DNA of 64,000 bases, taken from contig JACWAD010000094.1 in NCBI GenBank assembly GCA_014874175.1, positions 3,158 through 67,157 on the forward strand, read 5' to 3'. Below the pieces are notes generated by a model. It was not told where the DNA came from. It saw only the letters and a program-made list of their open reading frames with translations, and searched no databases. The DNA is from Thermoleophilia bacterium (GTDB lineage Bacteria > Actinomycetota > Thermoleophilia > BMS3ABIN01). Shown piece by piece: positions 8,941 through 18,613 of this stretch. The translations under genes and the position numbers were made by a program. Every line of letters starts with the position of its first letter. The stretch's first letter is position 1.

Positions 8941-10552
8941 CTTCAAACACCACCCTGCCCCAGAGGCGGGCCGGCTTGCCGTAATCCGGCAGGCTGATCT
9001 CCAGCCCGCCGCGGCAATAGGGATACTCACGCCTGAGCCTTTCCGATGTCAGGCACCAGCGCAGCCCGTCCCCGGCCAGGATCATCCCGGCGATTACCAG
9101 CAGCAGCGGCAGCAGTTTCCAGGAAACGCCGTTGGGCAGGGTCAGTACCACCAGGGTGGCGCCGACGCCGGCGATGCTCATGCCGGTGCGGATGAAGGAC
9201 AGCCCCGTGCGCGAGTGCGCCATCACGGTGCGCACCAGCGCCATCAGATTGCGGCGCTCGGCCAGAACTGTCCGCTCCAGCGCCAGCCCGGTTGTGCCCC
9301 AAATGCCCGGTGAGTGGCCGGCGCCAACCGGCGGCGCTTTATGCCGTGACCGGTGCAGGGCGGGAAAAGCCTCGTCCCAGATCGTATCTTCCTTAAGAGC
9401 GTCAAAAAAGCTTCTCAGACCGCTTCTGCCGGCCAGGTATCCGGAGCGGTACCAGTAGAAACCTTCAAACACCATCAGGACGCCTGCGGCCATGAGAAAA
9501 TAATCCAGATACCTTAAGTCTCCCCCGGGGAACCTGGTGAACAGGCCCAGCCCCAGGCCTCCGAAGGCGACACCGCTTCTGGCGAAGGCAAGGCCGGTGC
9601 GCGCCTGCGCCATCGTGGTGCGCATGGAGGCAAAGATGGTCCGCCCCTCCGCCAGGTCAGTGCGGTCATTTGCAAGGAAACGGCGCCGCATCACCGGGGA
9701 GAGCCGCCCCCAGGCCCGCCGCAGCCGGCCGGCTCCTGATACCCTTTTAGTGCGGCTGAACTCAATATCAGAATCCTCATTATGAGTCAACAAGACTGTC
9801 ATTTCTGGAGCCTTTGCTGTTTCCTGGTAGCCTGTTTTTTTTACCGCCTCGCTCCGGGCGGGGATGTACCATTTAAGACCATCAATAATTGAATAGGCTC
9901 CGGTTGCGATCAGGGCCAGATCAAGCGGCAGGAAGAGTCCAGCGCCAAACAGCTTGATGAATGCCACGCCGATTGTGATAAGCGAGATGCCGGTGCGCAG
10001 GAACGCCAGCGCCGTCCTCGCCTTGGCCATCGAGGTCCGCTGGACGGCCAGCGAAGAGCGCACGCCTGCCAGATAGGTTCTGGTCCTGGCCAGCGGCGTC
10101 CTGCCGGCCTCGGGGGGGAAGCCGGGGTTCAGGTCCTGGTTGTTCTCGATGATGCGGACGATGTCATTTGGCAGGGCAACGCGGAAGTCAACCTGACTGA
10201 CCCCTAGCGTGCTTTTGATATCCTTGACTACTTGTGGAGCGTGGGGCTGGCTGGCGATGACCTCGGCCCGGCCGCCCTGGATGGAGATCGGCATCCACAG
10301 CTTCTGCTTCAGCTCTTCAGCGTCGACGCGGCGCATAATTTTCCATGACACCATCAGGTCTTCATCGTACTCAATGTAAGGGCAGCCGTAGTGCTCGGAG
10401 AGGCTGACCAGGGCCTCGCACTTGGGCACGCCCCTTTCCAGCAGGATCTGCTCCAGCGGCCTGCCGGATTCTTCAGACAGCTTCAGCGCCGCCTCCAGGC
10501 CGTTCTTGTCAATGGAGCCGTTTTTTTGCAGCCTCTTATACACTGGCCTCAT
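8930..10552 (-). CDS. paralogous membrane protein: T2SSE_N/MshEN-like domain + three DUF202-type repeat modules
   Basis: Track ORF 8930..10612; probable start is the M at 10552 (MRPVYKRLQKNGSIDKNGLEAALKLSEESGRPLEQILLERGVPK...). Three repeats of RT-x-LA-x2-RT...RTG followed by TM helices. Confidence 0.6.
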   Translation of the reverse strand: MRPVYKRLQKNGSIDKNGLEAALKLSEESGRPLEQILLERGVPKCEALVSLSEHYGCPYIEYDEDLMVSWKIMRRVDAEELKQKLWMPISIQGGRAEVIASQPHAPQVVKDIKSTLGVSQVDFRVALPNDIVRIIENNQDLNPGFPPEAGRTPLARTRTYLAGVRSSLAVQRTSMAKARTALAFLRTGISLITIGVAFIKLFGAGLFLPLDLALIATGAYSIIDGLKWYIPARSEAVKKTGYQETAKAPEMTVLLTHNEDSDIEFSRTKRVSGAGRLRRAWGRLSPVMRRRFLANDRTDLAEGRTIFASMRTTMAQARTGLAFARSGVAFGGLGLGLFTRFPGGDLRYLDYFLMAAGVLMVFEGFYWYRSGYLAGRSGLRSFFDALKEDTIWDEAFPALHRSRHKAPPVGAGHSPGIWGTTGLALERTVLAERRNLMALVRTVMAHSRTGLSFIRTGMSIAGVGATLVVLTLPNGVSWKLLPLLLVIAGMILAGDGLRWCLTSERLRREYPYCRGGLEISLPDYGKPARLWGRVVFEDDF

Positions 10553-11054
10553 CCGCCGGCAGCGCGGGAGAAACAGGATATGCAGGGGCGCCGCCGCGCG
10601 CCATGGTGACAACGGGGTGGGGCGAGTGCTTCAGCATGCGTTTGCGGATAGTGCGGCTTTCCGTAACCATGGGGCTGAGCAGAACCATGTCTACTTTCAT
10701 TTTTCGCAGAAAACACATGATCGTGGACGCGGTCGCCTCCAGCTCGGCATGCACGGTAGCTGCGATGCCGTGGTGATTGCATTTTTCGATCAGCAGGCTT
10801 TCTACCGGCACAGAAGCCTGGCGGCTGTTTTTTTCATGCAGGGCCGCCGCGGCCTCGGCATAGGCATCCGGGAAAGGGGAGACCGAAGCAATGGAGGTCA
10901 ACGCCTTCTCAAACCGGCTGCCGGAGCCGTGGCTGCTGAGCAGCAAGATCCGGAGAGGCTTGCTGAGCAGTTTGGCGAGATATATGGCGTAAGAAATGCC
11001 ATGCTCGTAGTGCTCATCCTTATAGGCTACGTATAGAAGTTCCTGTCCTGACAT
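10536..11054 (-). CDS. hypothetical protein, USP-like alpha/beta fold
   Basis: ATG at 11054 has a perfect SD GGAGGAG 1 nt upstream. Product MSGQELLYVAYKDEHYEHGISYAIYLAKLLSKPLRILLLSS... The track ORF extends to 11210, probably spuriously. Confidence 0.5.
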   Translation of the reverse strand: MSGQELLYVAYKDEHYEHGISYAIYLAKLLSKPLRILLLSSHGSGSRFEKALTSIASVSPFPDAYAEAAAALHEKNSRQASVPVESLLIEKCNHHGIAATVHAELEATASTIMCFLRKMKVDMVLLSPMVTESRTIRKRMLKHSPHPVVTMARGGAPAYPVSPALPADEASV

Positions 11055-11090
11055 GACTCCTCCTTTTTTTCTCTTTATAAAAAGTGAAGG

Positions 11091-11106
11091 AGCAAGAACC
11101 ATGCCA
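11091..11106 (-). promoter_or_regulatory. sigma-54 (RpoN) -24/-12 promoter TGGCAT-N5-TTGCT driving the USP-like/MshEN-DUF202 operon
   Basis: Minus-strand sense CTGGCATGGTTCTTGCTCC: GG and GC exactly 10 nt apart. About 35 nt upstream of the ATG at 11054, directly downstream of the sigma-54 activator gene. Confidence 0.6.
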
Positions 11107-11202
11107 GCTTTATAATTAGCCTGCAAAAAAGGGATAAATTTAGCGGCAATCAGCGCTCGTTCAGGGCGGAAAAGAAGATTTGGGGCGGTTGCTTCAAAAA
11201 AA

Positions 11203-11219
11203 CGTTTCAATAAGAAACG
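11203..11219. promoter_or_regulatory. 17-bp palindrome CGTTTC-N5-GAAACG, candidate enhancer-binding-protein UAS ~100 bp upstream of the sigma-54 promoter
   Basis: Perfect inverted repeat CGTTTCAATAAGAAACG. More GAAAC repeats follow (GCGAAACAGTTAACAGAAATTCTGACGAAAC). Confidence 0.4.
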
Positions 11220-11266
11220 CTAGCGAAACAGTTAACAGAAATTCTGACGAAACATCCCTGGCCGGC

Positions 11267-12604
11267 CTATTTTTCTTCCTTTAGCATGCGCCAGAGGCTG
11301 GTGCGGGAAACGCCCAGCACACGGGAGGCTTCGGACTTGTTGCCGCCAAACATCTCCAGCACGGAATGCACGTATTCCCTGTTAATTTCAGCCAGGGATT
11401 TTACCTTGTCCGGTTCCAGCGAGGTTTCTATTTGAAACATAAGCAGCGATTGTGGCAGGGATTCGGCGGTTATAAATGTACCCTTTTCCAGAATGACGGC
11501 GCGCTCGATGATGTTTTCCAGCTCGCGCACATTGCCCGGATAGCTGTACCGCTTGAGCACATCGAGCGCCTCCCTGTCAAACCTGCTTATTTTCTTGCCG
11601 TATTCGCGCACGTGCTTGCGCAGAAAGAATTTGCTTAAGGGCGCAATATCTCCCCTGCGCTCGCGCAGCGGCGGCACGTATATTTCCATGACATTAAGGC
11701 GGTAGTAGAGATCCTTCCGGAACGAGCCCCTGGCTACCGCCTCACTGATGTTCTGATTTGTGGCCGCAATGAACCTGGCGTCCGCCCGGACCGGCTTTAT
11801 GCCGCCAACCGGATAGAACTCCCTCTCCTCGATGGCCTTCAGCAGCTTGGCCTGCAGGTTGGGCGACATTTCGGTTATCTCGTCAAAAAAGAGAGTGCCC
11901 TTGCCGGCGATTTTCATCAAGCCCTGTTTGCGCGAATCCGCCCCCGTAAAGGCCCCTTTTTCGTGGCCGAACAGCTCGCTGGCCAGCAGCTCTTCGGAGA
12001 AAGTGGCGCAGTTCAGGGACAGGAAGGGCTTGTCGCGGCGCGCGCTGGAGTAGTGGATAACCTTGGCGAGCAGGTTCTTGCCCACCCCGCTTTCGCCGGT
12101 AAGAAGAACGTTGCAGTCCGACCCCTGGATGCTGTTGACCATCTCCAGCACCTTTTTCATGCCCCTGCTCTCGGCAATGACATTGATATTTTTACCGAGG
12201 TCAAGGGATGTGCGCAAGGCAACGTTCTCCTGGGCGAGCTCTTTCTGCTTAAGGATGTTTTGCACCTTCAGAAGCAGCTCGTCGAGATCGAAAGGCTTAG
12301 GCAGGTAATCAAAAGCGCCTTTCTTCATTGCCTCCACGGCCGAGTTGATGCTGCCGAAACCGGTAATGACGAGCACTTCTGTCTCGGGTGAAATTTTCTT
12401 CACCCGCGTCAGCAGCTCGAGGCCATCCATTTTAGGCATCTTGATGTCGGCAATGAGCACATCGAAGTCTTTTGACTTTATTTCATTGAGGGCGTCAACG
12501 CCGTTTCCGGTGCTCTCCACCTCGTAACTTTCATCACGGAGAATGTCAGCCAGATGTTTCCTGGTGATGTCCTCATCCTCTGCTATCAGAATCCTGAAAG
12601 TCAT
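11267..12604 (-). CDS. sigma-54-dependent response regulator (NtrC/AtoC family: REC + AAA+ + Fis HTH)
   Basis: 445 aa; REC domain; GESGVGK Walker A; GAFTGA sigma-54 contact motif; C-terminal HTH. Confidence 0.9.
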   Translation of the reverse strand: MTFRILIAEDEDITRKHLADILRDESYEVESTGNGVDALNEIKSKDFDVLIADIKMPKMDGLELLTRVKKISPETEVLVITGFGSINSAVEAMKKGAFDYLPKPFDLDELLLKVQNILKQKELAQENVALRTSLDLGKNINVIAESRGMKKVLEMVNSIQGSDCNVLLTGESGVGKNLLAKVIHYSSARRDKPFLSLNCATFSEELLASELFGHEKGAFTGADSRKQGLMKIAGKGTLFFDEITEMSPNLQAKLLKAIEEREFYPVGGIKPVRADARFIAATNQNISEAVARGSFRKDLYYRLNVMEIYVPPLRERRGDIAPLSKFFLRKHVREYGKKISRFDREALDVLKRYSYPGNVRELENIIERAVILEKGTFITAESLPQSLLMFQIETSLEPDKVKSLAEINREYVHSVLEMFGGNKSEASRVLGVSRTSLWRMLKEEK

Positions 12605-14187
12605 GGGCGCTTCTCCAGGGGCAGAATAATTTCAAAGATGGTCCCGATGCCTTCTTCGCTAATCACCGATATTTGCCCTTCGTGCTTCCGAATTGTACTC
12701 AATACAATCGCCAGCCCCAAACCGGTCCCCTTGTCTTTTTTTGTGAAGAAGGGATCGAAGATCTTTTCCCTGTCTGAGGGCGGTATCCCTTTGCCGGTGT
12801 CGGAGACCAGGATTTCCAGATCGCCGTTCTTGGGGCTGATATGAACTGCGATTTTGCCTTCTCCTTCTATGGCGGCGATGGCGTTTGTAAACAGGTTGAC
12901 AAAGGCGCGCTCCAGCTGCGGCTGGTCCGCCTGCAGCCTGACCTCGCGGCCGCCGGAGTCCAGCTCAAATTCAATTCCGTCTGCGTGCGCCGACTTTTGC
13001 GCCAGATTATATGCGCCGGCAACCAGGCTGTTGATATTCACCTTCTTAAGCTGCAGCTCCCGCTCGCGGGCAAACTCCAGCAGGTTGCTGACGATGTCCC
13101 GCACCCTCTCGGTCTGCCCGACAATATCATTGACGATTCGCATCACGGCCGGCGGCTCGCCGGCGCCGATTTTTTTCTTCAGCACCTGGGCCGAGAGGCT
13201 GATGTTATTAAGAGGGTTGTTCAATTCGTGAGCCACGCCAGAGGCGAGGGTGCCGATCGCCGCCAGCTTTTTTGCCTGCAGCAGCGCCTCCTGGTTCTTT
13301 TCCCGGATCCGGCGCTCCCACTCGCTGCGCAGGTGGTTCATTCTGTTAAATTTGTCAACCAGGATATCAACTTCATCCTTGCGCACCCGCCCACCGCCTC
13401 CTCCAGGCCGCGGTGTCTTGGGGCCGAACAGCTTGCTGATCCGCTCGATTGCGCCCGTGAGGGCCTTGACCTTCTTGACGACATCCGAGCTGACGTAAAG
13501 CAGAGCCCCCAGGCCAATCATAAGAAACAGCGGGAAGACAACCAGTATCTCGAGCTGGGACTGGTTGATAACATTGCCGGCGCTGCTGCGGGTGTTCTTG
13601 TCCAGGTCATTGGCGGCAGTAACAATATTGTTGCTGGTGTCGCGCAGCTGATTAATCCGGGTGCTGAGCAATCCAAGCGCCGCCACCCGGGAGTCGCCGG
13701 CCGGAAGCGAGAGGCTGCTTTTAAGGTAGGCCGCCGCCAGTGAAGGATTGTCGCGTGATTCGGCTTTAAGCAGGGGGATAGCCCCGGCAGCCCCGGGACT
13801 GGTTGTTCCAAGCGCGTCAATTCCCTGCGATATCTGCGCCAGCAGAGCCTGGATACTAATAAATTCAGACTGGTAGGTTGTAATGAGGCCCCTTAAATTG
13901 ACGGCGGCCGAGGGATCTTCCGCCTCGATGTCTCCCGTGAGGCCGTCCAGCTCGGACAGGTAGCCCAGTGTCGCCGCCGATTCCTGCGCCGCCTTGTCCG
14001 GGAAGAGAAAGAAGTTTTTCTCGTGCCTTAAGATCTTCAGCGACCTGTCCCGGGCTGAATCGGCCACCTCCAGAAACCGCATCTGGTTTTTTTCCTGGAT
14101 GAAATTAATGTACTCAAATGTGGCGAGGGTGCCAACAATCAGGACGCTGATGAGGAAACTGAGTATGATCTTTTTGCGGAGGGACAT
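12601..14187 (-). CDS. sensor histidine kinase (TM + sensor + HAMP + HisKA + HATPase)
   Basis: 528 aa; H-box GVAHELNNPLN; N/G-box motifs; 4 nt overlap with the downstream RR gene. Confidence 0.85.
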   Translation of the reverse strand: MSLRKKIILSFLISVLIVGTLATFEYINFIQEKNQMRFLEVADSARDRSLKILRHEKNFFLFPDKAAQESAATLGYLSELDGLTGDIEAEDPSAAVNLRGLITTYQSEFISIQALLAQISQGIDALGTTSPGAAGAIPLLKAESRDNPSLAAAYLKSSLSLPAGDSRVAALGLLSTRINQLRDTSNNIVTAANDLDKNTRSSAGNVINQSQLEILVVFPLFLMIGLGALLYVSSDVVKKVKALTGAIERISKLFGPKTPRPGGGGGRVRKDEVDILVDKFNRMNHLRSEWERRIREKNQEALLQAKKLAAIGTLASGVAHELNNPLNNISLSAQVLKKKIGAGEPPAVMRIVNDIVGQTERVRDIVSNLLEFARERELQLKKVNINSLVAGAYNLAQKSAHADGIEFELDSGGREVRLQADQPQLERAFVNLFTNAIAAIEGEGKIAVHISPKNGDLEILVSDTGKGIPPSDREKIFDPFFTKKDKGTGLGLAIVLSTIRKHEGQISVISEEGIGTIFEIILPLEKRP

Positions 14188-14528
14188 TGATTAGATTATA
14201 CATCAGGGGAAAAGCCAACACCTTTAAATGGAGCTTTGTTATTAATAAGATAAGCAACGGCTGCTTTCAAATAAAATAATTATTCACGGGAACCCTGTAT
14301 CATAATGAAACGCAAGTCTGGAAAAAGATATAGAAAAGTGTTTAAATTTAAAACGATAACGCGTAAACTTATCAAAGAATATGACATTGATAAGATTTAC
14401 TTATATTTAATGTGCAGTCTGTTATACATGACCGGGCCGGAGGCGGGGCAGACAGCCGAACGGAGCAATCCCCCAAACGGCGCCATGATGCAGGTGTACG
14501 GGTATTAACGGTATGATGAGCGAGGAGC

Positions 14529-16034
14529 GTGAGTAATTTGGCGAGCTTTCCCCATCCGTTCTTTTCCAGCAAGCCGAACTGGAAATGGTTCATTTTAACA
14601 ACGGTGTTGATGGGCGCCACCATGTCGGCGCTGGACGTCAGCATCGTCAACGTCGGCATGCCGACGATGAAATCGGATTTTAACGTCTCCACCTCAATGA
14701 TCGCGTGGGTGGCGATGGCCTACATGATCACGCTGACGATTTTCCTGCCGTTCTTTGGCCGGCTGGCGGATATGCTGGGCCGGACCAGGCTGTATACGAT
14801 CGGCTTTGTTGTATTTACGGTCGGCTCGCTCTTCTGCGGCTTGGCGCCCAGCGCTTATATTCTGATTGGCTCGCGCGTGTTGCAGGCGGTGGGCGCCGGC
14901 CTTCTGCAGGCAAATTCAGTGGCGATTATCGTTTCTTCCTTTCCTTCGAGTGAGAGGGGCAAGGCGATCGGCATCCAGGGCGCCGTCCAGGCGATCTCGA
15001 TGTCCATCGGCCCTCTGGTTGGCGGCATACTGATCGCCGCCATCGGCTGGCGGGCCATCTTCTATGTGAACCTGCCCATCGGCCTGATTGGCGTCACGGC
15101 GGCGCTGCTGATCCTTCCCAAGAGCGAGAAGGCTGCCGAAAAGGAAAGGGTGGATTACTTTGGCACCCTGGCTTTTGTTATCGGCCTGGGGGGGCTGGTG
15201 CTGGGCATTAACGGGATGGGAACCCAGGGAATTAACCCCACGATTATTGCCTACTTGGCGATCGCAGTTGTGTTCCTGGTGATCTTTGCCATTACCGAGC
15301 TTAGAATCAGGTTCCCGCTGATAGATTTCAATATGTTCAAGAACGGGCTGTTCCTGCTGGGAAATGTGACCGGCATGCTTTCGTATTACGTGCTGTTTGG
15401 GATTCTGTTCCTGATGCCGTTCTACATGGAGAACGTGCTCAATTTCAGCGCTGGGGCAGCAGGCTTGCTTCTGACGCCTGTACCTCTCTCGATGGCGATT
15501 GTGGCCCCGTTTTCGGGCAACATTTCTGACAAGTATGGATCGAGAATCATGACTACCGCCGGCATGGTGACGGCCTCAGTCGGCTGCCTGGCAATGTTTT
15601 TCCTGGGCTCGGCGACCGCCGTGTGGCTGCTGATCATCGAGCTGGTTGTTATCGGGGTGGGCATGGGTATGTTCACGCCCCCCAACAATAGCGCCATCAT
15701 GGGAGCGGCCCCCAGGGACAAACTTAGCGTGGCGGGCGGGATTCTGAATATGACCAGGTCGCTGGGGTCGATTTTCGGCGTTGCTGTCTCCAGCCTGGTA
15801 TTGACTACCCTGGAGCACAATTACCTGTTCGGCAAAGGCTACCCTGTTGTCAAACATGTGTTTAGCGGCAATAATATTCCCGTAGCCGACAGGGACGGAG
15901 CTTTTCTGCATGGCCTCGCGCTGGCGATTGCGATCATGCTGGGGCTGACCATCATTTCTACCGTGCTCTCGATCGCCAAAAAGGAGGGCGAGGCGCTGGA
16001 CTCCGAGGCGGTCAAGGAATTTGAGGGAATCTGA
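14529..16034 (+). CDS. MFS transporter, DHA2 (EmrB/QacA) family, 14 TMS
   Basis: 501 aa, GTG start in track; multiple TM helices; motif LDxSIVNVGMP; GRLADMLGR. Confidence 0.85.
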   Translation: MSNLASFPHPFFSSKPNWKWFILTTVLMGATMSALDVSIVNVGMPTMKSDFNVSTSMIAWVAMAYMITLTIFLPFFGRLADMLGRTRLYTIGFVVFTVGSLFCGLAPSAYILIGSRVLQAVGAGLLQANSVAIIVSSFPSSERGKAIGIQGAVQAISMSIGPLVGGILIAAIGWRAIFYVNLPIGLIGVTAALLILPKSEKAAEKERVDYFGTLAFVIGLGGLVLGINGMGTQGINPTIIAYLAIAVVFLVIFAITELRIRFPLIDFNMFKNGLFLLGNVTGMLSYYVLFGILFLMPFYMENVLNFSAGAAGLLLTPVPLSMAIVAPFSGNISDKYGSRIMTTAGMVTASVGCLAMFFLGSATAVWLLIIELVVIGVGMGMFTPPNNSAIMGAAPRDKLSVAGGILNMTRSLGSIFGVAVSSLVLTTLEHNYLFGKGYPVVKHVFSGNNIPVADRDGAFLHGLALAIAIMLGLTIISTVLSIAKKEGEALDSEAVKEFEGI

Positions 16035-16084
16035 CAGCTGTCCTTTGGCGGGCAGAAGAAAATACCGGGAGGTATGCTAATAAC

Positions 16085-16942
16085 ATGGCCGAACAATGTC
16101 CTCTGGGCGAGCTGGAAAAAATACTGGTGGCGACGGATGGGTCCGAGTCAAGCGGGGGGGCGATCAGAGAAGCTCTGAGCCTGGCCGGCCTGTGCACCAG
16201 CAAGCTTACGGCCGTCCTGGTCGTCGAGTCTTTCCAAAGGTTTGCTTTTCTGGCTCCAAATGTTATCGGGACGATGGCGGACGTGGCCCAACAGCAGGAA
16301 GCCGAGGGACGCAGATACCTGGAGGAATCGGTCAGGGCAAAGGCTGCGGATTCCGGAATTGAATGCGACATCGTAGTCAAAACAGGTGACCCGTTTGGCG
16401 TCATTATCGAAGAAGCCAAGAGAAGCGGATCTGAGCTGATTATCATCGGGCGCCGCGGCCTGTCGCACCTGGCCCGGATGGCGATGGGCAGCGTGACAGC
16501 CAAAGTGATCGGCGACATGCCCAGCGATGTGCTGGTGGTTCCCAAGGATGCCAGCACCGATTGCAGAGTTATCCTGGCCGCAACGGATGGATCGAGCGAT
16601 GGCAGGATGGCGGTGGAGGAAGCTATAAAGATGAGCCGGAAGTGCGGCAGCAGGCTGCTGGCTATATCCGTGGCAAAGTCCGAGGCCCGGGAGGCGGAAG
16701 CCGCCGGGGCCCTGGCCGAAGCAAAGGAGCTTGCCAGGGGCGCCGGCGTCGAGATGGAGACGCTTGCCGCAACCGGAAAGCCCTACGTGGAGATTATCAA
16801 GGCAGCCGAGGCGAATGGCGTCGATCTGATCGTCGTGGGCCGTCATGGCCGGGGCAAGCTGGAAAAACTGCTGATGGGCAGCGTCACCGAACGGGTTGTC
16901 GGCCATGCCAGCTGCGCGGTGCTGGTTTCGCGGTCTTTTTAA
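16085..16942 (+). CDS. tandem universal stress protein (2x UspA domain)
   Basis: 285 aa; two repeats of ...ILVATDGSE...GSVT..V........VLVV. Confidence 0.85.
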   Translation: MAEQCPLGELEKILVATDGSESSGGAIREALSLAGLCTSKLTAVLVVESFQRFAFLAPNVIGTMADVAQQQEAEGRRYLEESVRAKAADSGIECDIVVKTGDPFGVIIEEAKRSGSELIIIGRRGLSHLARMAMGSVTAKVIGDMPSDVLVVPKDASTDCRVILAATDGSSDGRMAVEEAIKMSRKCGSRLLAISVAKSEAREAEAAGALAEAKELARGAGVEMETLAATGKPYVEIIKAAEANGVDLIVVGRHGRGKLEKLLMGSVTERVVGHASCAVLVSRSF

Positions 16943-17157
16943 CGGTGGTATAATTCTTCGGTATGGTTTTGAGGCCCAGAAGATACGATCACCTGGCGCA
17001 GGCTTTCGACTGAAAGCCCGCCGGCAGGCGCACAGCAAGACCGGCGGGCGCTGGAGCTGCTGATCAGTTTGGCCTTACGCGAGAAACCGTAACCGCACTT
17101 CTTATCTTAACTCCTTGTTTTTCCGCATCCGCCGCTTGCCGGGCGCCAGAGCCTAAA

Positions 17158-18573
17158 ATGCCCGGTTCTTTCGAAATCATCAAGAAACAGCTTGCGGTCC
17201 GCCTCAAGCATGCGGCCGCCGAAGAGTCCATCATGCTCATCAGCGTCCTCAAGTGGACAGTGCTGGCCACGATCACGGGCGTGATAGTTGGCTTTTCTTC
17301 CGGCGGTTTTCTCTTGTTGCTGAAATGGGCGACGAACTACAGCGGCCAGTACTATTACTATTTTCTGTTGCTGCCGGTGGGCTTTTTCATCAGCTCCGTG
17401 CTGGTCAAGTACCTGGCCCCGGAAGCCAAGGGCCACGGCACCGAGAAAGTGATCGAGGCGGTGCACAAGCGTTCCGGCAAGATCGCGCTGCCGGTGGTGC
17501 CTGTCAAACTGGTGGCGACGCTGGCTACCCTGGTTGTGGGCGGCTCGGTCGGCAAGGAAGGCCCCAGCGCCCAGATCGGCGCCGGCCTGGCCTCGGCATT
17601 TGCCGACCTTTTCCGCTTTGGCAACTCCGACCGTAAAAAGCTGGTCATCTGCGGCATCAGCGCCGGCTTCGCCTCCGTGTTCGGCACGCCCATTGCCGGC
17701 TCCATTTTCGGCATCGAGGTGCTGTTCATTGGCGGCATGATGTACGAGGTGCTGCTGCCATCGTTCATCGCCGGCATTATCAGCTTCGAAGTCTCATCGC
17801 ACCTGGGAGTGTCATATTTTTACCATGCGATCAAATTCGCGCCCACCTTTAGCAGCTTGTTCTTCTCCAAGGTCATCCTGGCCGGCATTTTCTTTGGCGT
17901 CTGCTCGCTGCTGCTGATCGAGGGGCTGAAAATGGGCGAAAGGATTGCTCACAGGATGCGCTTCTGGCTGCCCCTGCGCGGAATCGTAGGCGGCGCCTTC
18001 CTGATCGTGCTGACGCTGATTTTTTCCAGGCAGTTCCTGGGCCTGGGGCTTGACAGTATCCAGGGAGCCCTGACGGGAGCGCAGATTGTCTGGTACGCGT
18101 TCCTGCTCAAGATTGTTTTTACGAGCATCACCTTGGGCATGGAAGGAAGCGGCGGCATCATTACACCAATATTCTTCGTCGGCGCCACCGCCGGCAGCGC
18201 TTTCAGCTCTCTGCTTGGTCTCGACCCCGCTACTTTTGCCGCCATCGGCATGGTGGGGCTGGTGGCCGGAGCCGCCAATACGCCGATCGCCGCCAGCATT
18301 CTCACGGTGGAACTGTTTGGCCCGGCGATCGCCCCTTACGCCGCCATCGCCGCCGTGATCAGCTTTCTGATCTCTGGTCACAGAAGCGTTTACCCATCCC
18401 AGGTGCTGGCCATGGCCAAGTCTCCTTCGCTTGAGGTGGAAAAGGGATGCGAGATTGTGGAGGCGCACCCGACATTCGCGCTGCGGGAAAAGAGCCTGAT
18501 CTCTTTTCTGTACTACAGGGTCTGGCGGTTTCTCTGCAACCTGGGAGGGCGCAGGGACGAGGGGAAACGGTAG
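17158..18573 (+). CDS. ClC family voltage-gated chloride channel / H+-Cl- antiporter
   Basis: 471 aa; GSVGKEGP and GTPIAGSIFGIEVLF selectivity motifs. GKEGP identifies the canonical Cl- type, not the CLC-F type. Confidence 0.85.
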   Translation: MPGSFEIIKKQLAVRLKHAAAEESIMLISVLKWTVLATITGVIVGFSSGGFLLLLKWATNYSGQYYYYFLLLPVGFFISSVLVKYLAPEAKGHGTEKVIEAVHKRSGKIALPVVPVKLVATLATLVVGGSVGKEGPSAQIGAGLASAFADLFRFGNSDRKKLVICGISAGFASVFGTPIAGSIFGIEVLFIGGMMYEVLLPSFIAGIISFEVSSHLGVSYFYHAIKFAPTFSSLFFSKVILAGIFFGVCSLLLIEGLKMGERIAHRMRFWLPLRGIVGGAFLIVLTLIFSRQFLGLGLDSIQGALTGAQIVWYAFLLKIVFTSITLGMEGSGGIITPIFFVGATAGSAFSSLLGLDPATFAAIGMVGLVAGAANTPIAASILTVELFGPAIAPYAAIAAVISFLISGHRSVYPSQVLAMAKSPSLEVEKGCEIVEAHPTFALREKSLISFLYYRVWRFLCNLGGRRDEGKR

Positions 18574-18613
18574 CCGGTTTGCAAACTTGCCGGATTCAGT
18601 TAGATACTGTGCT

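Noticed and set aside
14190-14528. Small ORF 14305..14508 (MKRKSGKRYRKVFKFK…) in the divergent HK/MFS promoter region
   Set aside because: Lys-rich translation of an AT-rich promoter region without SD or domain. More likely non-coding regulatory DNA (it contains the shared 30-nt element).
16148-17038. Long ORFs antisense to real genes (e.g. 16148..17038, 8224..8997, 8636..9313, 41840..43450, 55853..56878, 12841..13743)
   Set aside because: High GC content suppresses stop codons. These have low-complexity Arg/Ala/Gly/Pro-rich translations and no domain signatures, and they fully overlap well-supported genes on the other strand.
17040-17160. Fluoride (crcB) riboswitch upstream of the ClC gene
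   Set aside because: No GGCGAUGG…-type crcB core is present in the leader. The ClC has the canonical GKEGP chloride-type selectivity motif rather than the CLC-F type. Only a simple hairpin spans the start codon.
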